From IMG/VR virus record IMGVR_UViG_3300020180_000017, positions 8,552-72,551 of that record: a DNA stretch of 64,000 nucleotides. One strand, written 5' to 3'. The notes under the pieces are model-generated. The model was not told the origin of the DNA, made no database searches, and saw only the letters and a list, made by a program, of their open reading frames with translations. A program made the translations under genes and the position numbers. Within the stretch, counting starts at the first letter, position 1, and each line of letters opens with the position of its first letter. This document shows positions 52,406 through 60,700 of the stretch, in pieces. Source of the DNA: a virus.

Positions 52406-53111
52406 TAAGTTTTTTAAATTTAAACATTTTTATTACTTCTTCTTTCATATAGGGAACTTCAATTAATTCGTTTGAAGTAATTTTATCTTTATCGTTCATT
52501 ATTATTTGTCTTATGTATAATTTCCCTATTTTAAGACTTTTATTATTTTCCCAAGCAAGATACATGTACAAAGATATTTGCAATACAATGTCATTGTAAT
52601 TGCATTGATCCAAGTGACTTAATGGAGCTTGCATGGTAGCACCCCTCACTTTAAAACCTTTATCTGTAGTAAAAGAACTTGACCTATATATTTTTTCAAT
52701 CACTTTATTATCAGTAATATTAATCGTATTTCTTTTTACGTCAATCCTATCTGCATACCCAATAATCCCATGTTTAGTTGAAAATAAACATTTTTCAAGG
52801 TAGGTTTTATTATTTTCAAGTTTGCAAATGTTTTTATCTATAGTTTTCCATTCTTCATAAGGACTGTATACACCTAACACGGCATTTTTATTTGTGGCAA
52901 TTTCTTTTTCACAAAGTTTTTTTTGTACATTAATCCCTCTATCTATTTTTCTATCCCACTCAGCTAGAATTAAAGATACTTCTTCAGAAAGATTTTCTTT
53001 AGTGACTTTATCACCTCTATCCCTAATGATTTTTTGAGCTTTACTTGTAGCTTTAGAATTCCTATCAAAAGACTCTTTAAATTCCTCTATAAAAATTTTT
53101 ACTCCTATCAT
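52395..53111 (-). CDS. PD-(D/E)xK nuclease
   Basis: EK...GYADRID...ITDNK...LQISLY. Confidence 0.75.
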   Translation of the reverse strand: MIGVKIFIEEFKESFDRNSKATSKAQKIIRDRGDKVTKENLSEEVSLILAEWDRKIDRGINVQKKLCEKEIATNKNAVLGVYSPYEEWKTIDKNICKLENNKTYLEKCLFSTKHGIIGYADRIDVKRNTINITDNKVIEKIYRSSSFTTDKGFKVRGATMQAPLSHLDQCNYNDIVLQISLYMYLAWENNKSLKIGKLYIRQIIMNDKDKITSNELIEVPYMKEEVIKMFKFKKLNEG

Positions 53112-53398
53112 ATTACATTTGCTGAAAAATACAGTGTATGTGAATCTCCATTTTGTCTAAATGAAATTGATTTGCTATTATTACCTCTTGCATTTGCAGA
53201 ATAGGTAATAACTAATTGAGCAGTTTGATTTGGCGGAATAGGGTTAATTGACATAGCTTCATTTGTACAACCACAAGACGTAGTAATATTCTTAATTTCA
53301 AGAAAATCCTGACTATCATTAATTATATCATATTGTAACGTGACAGGCACATTGTAAGGTATATCCCCTAACTGTTTTGTTGTTATTGGTATTATCAT
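53108..53398 (-). CDS. DUF1573 Ig-like protein
   Basis: NITTSCGCT...IPPNQ motif. Confidence 0.8.
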   Translation of the reverse strand: MIIPITTKQLGDIPYNVPVTLQYDIINDSQDFLEIKNITTSCGCTNEAMSINPIPPNQTAQLVITYSANARGNNSKSISFRQNGDSHTLYFSANVI

Positions 53399-53724
53399 AT
53401 TGTTGTTTTAAATTGATCCCATTCTTTTTTTGTTTTCATAAAAGGAAAACATCCATGTTTACATGCTGGGTCAGATAGTAAGCTTTCCTTTAAACTGCAT
53501 TCGCAATATTCACATTTTCCTAATTCAAAACATTTAGGATTGTGTATCTTAACTTGCTCTTCTCTCCAACTTGCTTGTTCTAATATGTGTTCATCCACTA
53601 TATTAAAATTCTTAGCAAAATCTCTTATGTGCCCTTGTATAAAATATTTTATAGTAGTGGCATTAATGATTTTTGGTTCTTTAATGCTTTTTCTATTAAA
53701 TAGGTATTTGAGTAATGTTTTCAT
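53395..53724 (-). CDS. Zn-binding Cys-rich protein
   Basis: C-x4-CxxCxC...C-x3-CFP. Confidence 0.6.
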   Translation of the reverse strand: MKTLLKYLFNRKSIKEPKIINATTIKYFIQGHIRDFAKNFNIVDEHILEQASWREEQVKIHNPKCFELGKCEYCECSLKESLLSDPACKHGCFPFMKTKKEWDQFKTTI

Positions 53725-54094
53725 AATGTTTTTTTAATTCTTTTCTTTCCATGTAATTATCTCCGTATCTTTTCTTTTTAATGTCTTCTTTATCTTTTAT
53801 GTATTGTTCAAACATTCCTATTATTAAATTTGAATTCTCTACAAATTTACTGTGTTCTTTTGATCTATTATAACCCTCTGTAAATTCTTTTTTTATATTT
53901 AAAGCTTCTTGTAGCTTTTTATGCCTCCAATAAAATTTACCAAAATATTTAATACTTAATATTAAGTTATCCGGGTCTTTTGACCAATTTTTTATGCCAT
54001 CTGTTATAAATGTTAACAATATTTTGATGTAATTTTCATCAAGATTAGTTTTTGCAGATATGGCTCTGTATAATATATTTTTTCTATACTGCAT
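53696..54094 (-). CDS. IHF/HU-like protein
   Basis: Two N-terminal helices then LSIKYFGKF. Confidence 0.55.
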   Translation of the reverse strand: MQYRKNILYRAISAKTNLDENYIKILLTFITDGIKNWSKDPDNLILSIKYFGKFYWRHKKLQEALNIKKEFTEGYNRSKEHSKFVENSNLIIGMFEQYIKDKEDIKKKRYGDNYMERKELKKHYENITQIPI

Positions 54095-54443
54095 TCATTA
54101 TTTTATAATCTAACCCAATAATTTCATCCCATTTATTTGGTAGCCACTCTTCAGAAAAAACTTTTTTGTACTTTCCTTCATTTTTAATGATATTTAATGC
54201 AACACATTTTGACAGTGTATTTCTAACGCTATCTTTTGTTTTTATAGTTGTATTAATTAAACATAAATTACTGAGTTCTTCAAAGTCTTTTTCATTTTCT
54301 ATTCCACCCATTTCATACATATAAAAAAGAAGCTCTCTAATACCATCAGATATATTAACACCAAGTTGCTTTGATTTAATATATAAGTGTATTAGAATCA
54401 CTTCTTTTTTAAAGAGTATTATTTTATCAGTTATTACTATCAT
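54084..54443 (-). CDS. Putative winged-HTH protein
   Basis: KDSVRNTLSKCVALNIIK helix-wing pattern. Confidence 0.45.
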   Translation of the reverse strand: MIVITDKIILFKKEVILIHLYIKSKQLGVNISDGIRELLFYMYEMGGIENEKDFEELSNLCLINTTIKTKDSVRNTLSKCVALNIIKNEGKYKKVFSEEWLPNKWDEIIGLDYKIMNAV

Positions 54444-54777
54444 TTATGTTTTGTATTAAATTATAAATAGCAGAAAATGTAACGTCATCTTTAAACAGTT
54501 CATTAATCTTAAGATTATCCCAAAGCAATATATCTTTTTCGTCATCCCATAATAGGATATGTCCAAAATGTTTTAAGAGAGGTTTTAATTGTGTTTGACT
54601 TAAAGATAGGATAAAAGTTTTTTTATCTTCTTTATGTTGATTAATAGAATCTCTCAATTCTTTTAAACTTTCTTTTTTAGAGCCGTAGAATTTTGTTTTA
54701 GGAGAATGATCTACTGTTGTTAATTGCTTAGTATTACCAAAATCATCTTCATATGTATTTACGTCGTTTATTGTCAT
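54427..54777 (-). CDS. Hypothetical protein
   Basis: 116-aa ORF in operon. Confidence 0.6.
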   Translation of the reverse strand: MTINDVNTYEDDFGNTKQLTTVDHSPKTKFYGSKKESLKELRDSINQHKEDKKTFILSLSQTQLKPLLKHFGHILLWDDEKDILLWDNLKINELFKDDVTFSAIYNLIQNINDSNN

Positions 54778-54817
54778 GTGCAGAGAGAGGGGTTGAACCT
54801 CTCACTAAACCTTTAAT

Positions 54818-55057
54818 TTATTCTGCATTTTGAGTTTCTACTTGAGCTTTAATTTGCTTTTCCACACTGGACTGCAAATCTTCTCTTTCTTGTTCATCCT
54901 CTTTAGCTTCTTTTAAGAACTCGACTGAAATCTTTTTGGCTTCAAGGTAGTAATACATTTTGTCGTATTCACTCTTGTTAAACCGAGCAATTAATTCATT
55001 TTCTAGAACCTTAGCTCTAAACTGATCAAATTCAGATGATTTTTCTACTTTTGTCAT
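54818..55057 (-). CDS. Hypothetical coiled-coil protein
   Basis: 79 aa, followed by hairpin GAGAGG...CCTCTC (~54785-54803). Confidence 0.6.
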   Translation of the reverse strand: MTKVEKSSEFDQFRAKVLENELIARFNKSEYDKMYYYLEAKKISVEFLKEAKEDEQEREDLQSSVEKQIKAQVETQNAE

Positions 55058-55097
55058 AATTAATATTTATTGTTAATAAAAATATACCGATTAATTT

Positions 55098-55412
55098 TTA
55101 AAATTCAAAATTTATTTCTAATTCCCGTGTTAATTCTTCTATATTTATTTTATCTAAGCCTGTGCAATTCTCTATTAATTCTTTTAACTTATCTAAGTCA
55201 TTTTCATTTATTGCAAACCTATTAATACTGTAATATTCGTAGGGAGAGCAATGCTCTGGAATGTAAATCTCTTTTAAATCCACTCCAATTAATTTATTAA
55301 TACTACAGTAAGTGATATACTCTATGTGATAGATATTATCTTTAACCACCCAATTTTTAACAGGTATAACAGAAGGTTTATTACTGTCATCCACACAAAT
55401 GCATTTAATCAT
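55098..55412 (-). CDS. Hypothetical protein (CICVDDSNKP motif)
   Basis: Start reassigned to MIKCIC. Confidence 0.6.
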   Translation of the reverse strand: MIKCICVDDSNKPSVIPVKNWVVKDNIYHIEYITYCSINKLIGVDLKEIYIPEHCSPYEYYSINRFAINENDLDKLKELIENCTGLDKINIEELTRELEINFEF

Positions 55413-55611
55413 AGTTTTTTTTCCAAAGCATAACTTTATGTATATCTCCATCATTCTTTTCTATAATCTCTATTAAAGTAGAAATATCACTACTTTCAAT
55501 TACAAGATCAAAAGAATTATCCCAAAAATTTAATAGATTATCTCTATTTGTTGCTCTCCACTTATTAGTGTATGTATTTTTAGTAAATACCCAGCCATAT
55601 AAATTATTCAT
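55405..55611 (-). CDS. Hypothetical protein
   Basis: 68 aa, overlapping its neighbours. Confidence 0.6.
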   Translation of the reverse strand: MNNLYGWVFTKNTYTNKWRATNRDNLLNFWDNSFDLVIESSDISTLIEIIEKNDGDIHKVMLWKKNYD

Positions 55612-55937
55612 TAATCTGTTGTTGTAAATTCTATTTTAAAATTTGGATCTTCAGCTTCTCTTTCCTCTACAAACTTAGCCCATTTCTCTTTAAACTTTTT
55701 CTTATTCCAAACTACTTCTAACTTTAATCCAGAAGCAAATAATACTTCAGTAGTATCAAATACTCCACTAAAAGCTTCTTTATATGTATTGGGTCTCCAA
55801 GAATCAGAGATCATAACAATAGTATCCCAATAGGGTACTTCAGTACCAACTATTACATACTCTAAAGGTTCTCCTTCACTATGTTCAATTGTGCCGTCTA
55901 TGGCAATGCATGGTAATGCTAAATAATTTTTCCACAT
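55611..55937 (-). CDS. Hypothetical protein, probably leaderless first gene of the late block
   Basis: TATATTTG (55941-55948) lies 3 nt before the ATG of MWKNYL. Confidence 0.6.
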   Translation of the reverse strand: MWKNYLALPCIAIDGTIEHSEGEPLEYVIVGTEVPYWDTIVMISDSWRPNTYKEAFSGVFDTTEVLFASGLKLEVVWNKKKFKEKWAKFVEEREAEDPNFKIEFTTTD

Positions 55938-55980
55938 AAGCAAATATACAACTTTTTTTTTATTTTTTTATTTATTTATT

Positions 55981-56075
55981 AAGCAGGGTAGCTCACCCCT
56001 TGGAGGCCGTGCTTTGCCGCAGGGTAGTCTAATAGACCCCCGGTATCATTATTAATTTAAACGGGGGAGACCTCA
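55981..56075. promoter_or_regulatory. GC-rich structured element at the divergence point of the two transcription arms
   Basis: GCAGGGTAG occurs twice; GTCT-AAT-AGAC, CCCCCG/CGGGGG and GAGG/CCTC pairings. Confidence 0.45.
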
Positions 56076-56088
56076 AAAAACAAAAATC

Positions 56089-56676
56089 ATGACAAACGGA
56101 TTAATCGTTAAAAGTGTTAAAGTGGTAACTGATGATACATCAGGCAAAAGCTACAAGTCAGTAGTGTTCGGAGTACCAGGAGATTTGGTACTAATTATGG
56201 GCGAGTTGAAGCGGAAGAAGAGTATGGTACAGGACAGGTCTCAAATTATGTGGCCAGCAGGTGAAATTGTGAATGCAGACGGGACAATAAGTCCGACTAA
56301 GGCAGACGCAAATTATGAAGACATCGAGGCGGGTGATGTCTTTGACGGGCGTATTGCCAAGTATGCTACGACTCCGTATCCTTTGAATGGCGTACTACAA
56401 AGTGAAATAACTTTGGTAGTGTTTGACACTGAAAGTGGCGTTAAAAAGGCCAACAAGAATTTCAAACGCCAAAAAATGAACGCCCATGTTATAGGCGAGG
56501 TTATTAACGGAAAGGTAGAGTTGTTTGAAACACAGGAGGTTGCTCCTGCAAACGAAAGCTACCAAGCAGCACCTGCACCTGCACCTGCACCACTCACAGT
56601 GGCCGATCTTGAGGCTCAGTTGAGAGCCTTAAAATTGGCTACAAAAACTCCAAAAGTGGAGTTGGTAGGGGGTTAA
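56089..56676 (+). CDS. First early-arm protein (195 aa), beta-rich with Ala-Pro linker
   Basis: Clear ORF of higher GC, followed by a hairpin terminator. Confidence 0.75.
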   Translation: MTNGLIVKSVKVVTDDTSGKSYKSVVFGVPGDLVLIMGELKRKKSMVQDRSQIMWPAGEIVNADGTISPTKADANYEDIEAGDVFDGRIAKYATTPYPLNGVLQSEITLVVFDTESGVKKANKNFKRQKMNAHVIGEVINGKVELFETQEVAPANESYQAAPAPAPAPLTVADLEAQLRALKLATKTPKVELVGG

Positions 56677-56683
56677 AGTAAAT

Positions 56684-56713
56684 AGGGAGGGCACAAATCG
56701 TGCTCTCCTTTCA
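56684..56713 (+). terminator. Intrinsic terminator
   Basis: GGGAGGGCAC-AAATC-GTGCTCTCCTTT. Confidence 0.6.
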
Positions 56714-56738
56714 TTCATTCATCCTTTTATACATTATT

Positions 56739-56909
56739 ATGAAGATCAAATTAATCGACGTTGCAGTGGGCTACTTCACCATACTATCAGCAGTCTCATT
56801 GATAGCAGGGTCGGTTACCTTACTATCAGAGAACAACCTGGGTTTTATAGGTATTGGTATTGGCTGCGTATCAGCAGCAATCTCTTTTTTAATAGGAGAA
56901 AAATCATAG
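56739..56909 (+). CDS. Small two-TM membrane protein
   Basis: Two hydrophobic helices; start MKIKLI. Confidence 0.6.
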   Translation: MKIKLIDVAVGYFTILSAVSLIAGSVTLLSENNLGFIGIGIGCVSAAISFLIGEKS

Positions 56910-57202
56910 AAACACCTTTAGCCTTACAGTTCTCTAATTTTTTGAGAGTTGTAAGGCTTTACCTGGTTCTTCACACTTAGTATCAACGGATGCTCTGCTT
57001 ACTTAGTTGGGCTTTACGAGGCTTATGTTGTTGATGTAAGTGTGTTAGTTATGTCTATGAGTAAGGGTGTGTAGCTTTCGATGCTCTCCTCTGACGAGTT
57101 TAATGAGGCTTATAGTACTAACTAATAAAAATATAAGCTTTATTATTGATACTAACAAATTTATTTAAAACTCAGCCTGTAATTCAATCAAAACAAATTG
57201 CT

Positions 57203-57481
57203 ATGAACACGTTTACGTTAACTCGTTACCAACAAATAGATGAAAAACCTTTGGTTATTCTGATTGACACCAAACATACAAATGATAAAACTTGTAGTAA
57301 TTTAGAGGATTTGTATAAGCAAATATGCCAACAAGGAGAGAAAATCTACTTCGTAGCTGATTCAAAGGACAATAGACTTCACGGATTAGACAACTGGAAT
57401 GACCACCTATTTACACACAAAAGTGTGATTAACAAAATCTCTAACTATTTAAACTCAAAGAATGAAAAATATAATGGGTAA
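57203..57481 (+). CDS. Hypothetical protein
   Basis: Start reassigned to MNTFTL. Confidence 0.55.
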   Translation: MNTFTLTRYQQIDEKPLVILIDTKHTNDKTCSNLEDLYKQICQQGEKIYFVADSKDNRLHGLDNWNDHLFTHKSVINKISNYLNSKNEKYNG

Positions 57482-57875
57482 TAAAGAAGATTTGAAATTG
57501 TTTAACGAGAAAGGAGCAATGGTATATATGTATTATCATGTAGAAGCATACTCTAATTTCAATGAAAAGGGGGATTCAAGAGATGCGTACTATAGTAAAG
57601 AAGCGTATTCAAGAGAGTTAACTTTCAATAAGTTTGGGAAGGTATTAACCTATAAAAACTCGCTTGGATTCTCAAGTGTCTTCACTTACAATGCAAAGGG
57701 AAAAAAGCTTACATACAAAAACTCTGATGGGTATAGTTATGAGCACACATATGATTTAGAAGGAAATGAGCTCACATACCAAGACTCGGCTGGTCTATCA
57801 AGGAGGTCTATTCCAGAGTTTACTATGGAGCAGCTTTGTGAAAAGATAGGTAAGTTCAAATTAATAAAAGCTTAA
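57462..57875 (+). CDS. YD-like repeat protein
   Basis: Three G..LTY(K/Q)(N/D)S.G repeats. Confidence 0.65.
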   Translation: MKNIMGNKEDLKLFNEKGAMVYMYYHVEAYSNFNEKGDSRDAYYSKEAYSRELTFNKFGKVLTYKNSLGFSSVFTYNAKGKKLTYKNSDGYSYEHTYDLEGNELTYQDSAGLSRRSIPEFTMEQLCEKIGKFKLIKA

Positions 57876-57897
57876 ATAACTTTCCAAGTTGTTGAGG

Positions 57898-58019
57898 ACA
57901 GCAAAGCTCTTTGACTGATATAATACTACATGAAGAAGTTGTAGATATAATATGAACTTTAATAGTTAGCTCAACGAGCTTGTTTGCATAACTATTATAT
58001 TAATCAAAGTTTATGCTGT
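57898..58019 (+). ncRNA. Putative structured ncRNA (multibranch)
   Basis: ACAGCA/TGCTGT and CTTTGA/TCAAAG closing stems; inner CTACA/TGTAG, TAATAGTTA/TAACTATTA and GCTC/GAGC. Confidence 0.45.
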
Positions 58020-58039
58020 AAAACACAAAAATAAAAACA

Positions 58040-58207
58040 ATGAAAACAATTAAGTTGTCATTCAAAGAGTTCTTTAACTTTAAAGAGCTTGCTTTCCTTA
58101 ATTGGGAAAGGTTCGATTGGGCAAGAGAAGGTTCAATTATGAGACTAACTGTCTCTCAAAGATTTATTGAGAAATTCGGCTATGAAGATTGCCTGGAATT
58201 CTCTTAA
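58040..58207 (+). CDS. Small hypothetical protein (55 aa, MKTIKLSFKEFF...)
   Basis: Manual ORF with A-rich upstream region typical of Bacteroidota initiation. Confidence 0.6.
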   Translation: MKTIKLSFKEFFNFKELAFLNWERFDWAREGSIMRLTVSQRFIEKFGYEDCLEFS

Positions 58208-58210
58208 AAA

Positions 58211-58259
58211 GTAGTGGTTTATCCTATAAAAGTGCAAAAACACAGGATAAACCACTACT
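58211..58259. repeat. 15-bp perfect inverted repeat (hairpin)
   Basis: GTAGTGGTTTATCCT...AGGATAAACCACTAC. Confidence 0.75.
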
Positions 58260-58312
58260 ACTTTCCAAATTAACGGTATTTTTATTCTCAAAAATTCTTA
58301 ATACATAACAAT

Positions 58313-58858
58313 ATGAACTACTCACTATATCACAAAACAAATTCTAACTACGAACTTGTTACAACTTTAAATGCTTCTTCTCTTGAAAATGCATTTAAAT
58401 TAGCTCAAAACTTTAATAGAGAGTATGCAAAATTAAACATTAGAAGTACTTCAGTAGGTGACATTCTGCAATCTGAAGAGGATTCTATATATGGAATTTG
58501 CTACTTAGTTTGTGAAATTGGCTTTTTATGCGTAGAAGATACTACGCTTGACAAAATAAAGGCTATTAAAGCCAAAATAAGGTTATTCTACCAAATATAT
58601 GATATTCTTGTAAAAGAATGGAATTCAGAGTTAGTAAATGGTTGTAATGCCACATATCCAGAAACAGTAGTATGTAGCAACCTACTACAAAATATGGGCT
58701 TTGACAGCAGTAATTCTCAGTTCTACGACAAAAAAAGTGACGAAAAAGACTTACAGTCTAAATTCGAAGCTTTAAAAACACTAAACATTTATAACAATAA
58801 ATGTTTTATGACAGATTTTGCTTTCAACGAAGTAGAATCTATTATGAATAATTTGTGA
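58313..58858 (+). CDS. YodL-like domain protein
   Basis: RSTSVGDIL...YLVCEIGF motif. Confidence 0.6.
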   Translation: MNYSLYHKTNSNYELVTTLNASSLENAFKLAQNFNREYAKLNIRSTSVGDILQSEEDSIYGICYLVCEIGFLCVEDTTLDKIKAIKAKIRLFYQIYDILVKEWNSELVNGCNATYPETVVCSNLLQNMGFDSSNSQFYDKKSDEKDLQSKFEALKTLNIYNNKCFMTDFAFNEVESIMNNL

Positions 58859-58915
58859 ATCCCAATATAACAGTAGTGTTTGAGGGTTTCTTTTTTAACT
58901 CACCAACAAATTAAC

Positions 58916-59269
58916 ATGAAAACAATAATTCGCATTCAACATGAAACTGGAAATGGTTTATGGAGAACAATGATTGAAGGAGATTTTTTATGTACTAGCT
59001 TATCTTTCCATGATGAATTAAGTGAAAAGCATGAAGATTTTCCTACTCCAGCCCAAGAAAATCATTTCTTAAAAAAAGAAGAGTTTTGTGCTTTTAAAAG
59101 CATCGAACAGTTGCAAGAGTGGATAAAACCTAATTGGTTTAAAGAAATCATGGATTTAGGCTTTAGAATTTTAATGATAGAAGTTTCTGAAGCAATCACT
59201 TTGACGTATCAAGTGATGTATGAAAAACAAAACATCACAAAAATAAGTGACATTTCTAAACTATTTTAA
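58916..59269 (+). CDS. Phage protein, possible ADP-ribosyltransferase-like fold
   Basis: IIRIQ...GLW...FPTP...CAFKSIEQL..W...QVMY; the fold assignment is tentative. Confidence 0.45.
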   Translation: MKTIIRIQHETGNGLWRTMIEGDFLCTSLSFHDELSEKHEDFPTPAQENHFLKKEEFCAFKSIEQLQEWIKPNWFKEIMDLGFRILMIEVSEAITLTYQVMYEKQNITKISDISKLF

Positions 59270-59278
59270 CAAAATAAA

Positions 59279-59569
59279 ATGAAAGAATTAAAAAGTTTAT
59301 ACAATGGAATTATAAATGACTACTCAATTAGACGTTATTCCATGGGATGGCAAGATATTGTTACTAAATTAGAAAAAAGATATAAGAACATACCTAAAAC
59401 AAATAAGCAATTTGAAAATGAATTACTTTTTAAAGCGTTGTCTGTGGCTAAAGGTTCTTTGTTAATAGATATTGAAAATTTTTCAAAAGAGTTGTCAATT
59501 AATAAGGAAACATTACGAGAAAAGTCAAATCGTGGAACTCAAAAAAGTCCGTTTGGAATAGGTTCTTAA
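59279..59569 (+). CDS. Hypothetical protein
   Basis: 96-aa ORF. Confidence 0.6.
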   Translation: MKELKSLYNGIINDYSIRRYSMGWQDIVTKLEKRYKNIPKTNKQFENELLFKALSVAKGSLLIDIENFSKELSINKETLREKSNRGTQKSPFGIGS

Positions 59570-59585
59570 ATAAATTTACACAAAT

Positions 59586-59684
59586 AGCGATGCTAGGTGG
59601 ATACAGGCTCATTACTTGTATAGGTTGTAAGAAGTAATAATGTAAAATTCTTATGACATGGGAGTTCGAGTCTCTCCGTCGCTA
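59586..59684 (+). ncRNA. tRNA-like RNA without D stem, with long extra arm
   Basis: AGCGATG/CGTCGCT acceptor + A, GGGAG-TTCGAGT-CTCTC T arm, 7-bp hairpin with CTCATTA loop, 10-bp extra arm. Confidence 0.7.
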
Positions 59685-59715
59685 CAAATAAATTAATAAT
59701 CTAAAACAAAACAAT

Positions 59716-60078
59716 ATGACACTAAAAGAATTTAAAGACTACATTAAGTCTTTTCCAAAAAACGCTGTGTTTAAATGTGGCATTTCTGAACCTTTCTCTT
59801 GGAGAGGTAGTTATGACGAAGTTGCTTTTTCCGTGGTAGAAAGCAGTATGGGTAAATCTGTAATACTAAAAAGAATTAATAAAGCATATACCGAAACTTT
59901 TTTTGGTTACAAAGGCGGTGCATATGAATATTCAGATCACACAACTGTAAATTTTGAAGAAGAAGGGAGCAGGAATTATTCAAATGGCAGATACACTGCT
60001 GAAATGATTTCTCAATTAGAAAATACAGAGCAATTTCTTAGTCAAGAAGAAAGACTTGTTAAATTAGCTTTTTGTTAA
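59716..60078 (+). CDS. Phage hypothetical protein (SWRGSY...FFGYKGG motif)
   Basis: 120-aa ORF with a motif pattern recalled from other phages. Confidence 0.65.
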   Translation: MTLKEFKDYIKSFPKNAVFKCGISEPFSWRGSYDEVAFSVVESSMGKSVILKRINKAYTETFFGYKGGAYEYSDHTTVNFEEEGSRNYSNGRYTAEMISQLENTEQFLSQEERLVKLAFC

Positions 60079-60084
60079 AACATT

Positions 60085-60393
60085 AAAATTAGTCTTGCTT
60101 ATAATAAACAGTGAGTGCTGATATGCCAAAGTGATTTAGTTCATGAGTAATAAACTTCAGTTGAAAATGAAACACTAACAGCTTGGATACTCCAAGTGCA
60201 TTACGAAGCTAATATAAAGGTTTAAACCTTTGCACAGGTTACGTGCTAAAGAGAGTAACAGAAATGAGTGTAATCACAATCTGCTAAAAGATGTTGTTTA
60301 TTATAAGGTATAAAATTTACTAGGCTCTTGTAACGAGTAAGTCTATCGTTAAATCCCTTATATGTAGCTTTAGCAACTACCAAGATTAATTTT
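60085..60393 (+). ncRNA. Large multibranch structured ncRNA
   Basis: 13-bp closing stem AAAATTAGTCTTG/CAAGATTAATTTT, 15-bp stem CTTATAATAAACAGT/GTTGTTTATTATAAG, and many inner hairpins. Confidence 0.6.
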
Positions 60394-60402
60394 TAAACTT
60401 AT

Positions 60403-60664
60403 AAACTATTGTGTAGAATGTAGGCTTGGAAGTAGCCATCATTTAAAGAGTTACGAGTTCAACAGAATTATTTATACTTCTATATAAATGATTACTGAAA
60501 TACGGTTCCTGAATTGACAGGGTGGAAACACAATCTCTATATTTGAGCAAGTTAGGTGGAACTATGGTTTTTGAAAACTTTAAAGATAGAAGTCAATAAA
60601 GAAAAATGTATAGGAGAAACAACCGTCAGAGTATTTGGTGTAACAACACACTTCACAATAGTTT
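60403..60664 (+). ncRNA. Mimic of the 23S rRNA L11-binding domain (GTPase-associated centre, H43/H44) with 186-nt insertion
   Basis: AGAATGTAGGCTTGGAAGTAGCCATCATTTAAAGAGT...GTGTAACAACACACT versus E. coli 23S 1054-1105; closed by AAACTATTGTG/CACAATAGTTT. Confidence 0.85.
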
Positions 60665-60700
60665 TATTATTTACTAATCAAAATGTATTTTTAGATTCAA

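Noticed and set aside
953-53737. Many short plus-strand ORFs in the track (e.g. 953-1207, 8254-8664, 22289-22717, 50998-51342) and minus-strand 39645-39905
   Set aside because: They are antisense or out-of-frame shadows of long motif-bearing genes, with composition typical of reverse-frame translation.
57070-57115. Hammerhead ribozyme (CTGACGAG)
   Set aside because: The required GAAA core occurs only on the opposite strand, and the stems cannot be built.
59586-59684. tmRNA
   Set aside because: It has a D-stem-less tRNA domain but no G3-U70 pair, no tag ORF, and is only 99 nt.
60403-60664. True rRNA gene or host rRNA contamination
   Set aside because: Only about 52 nt match, split by an insert and closed by a non-rRNA helix in continuous phage context.
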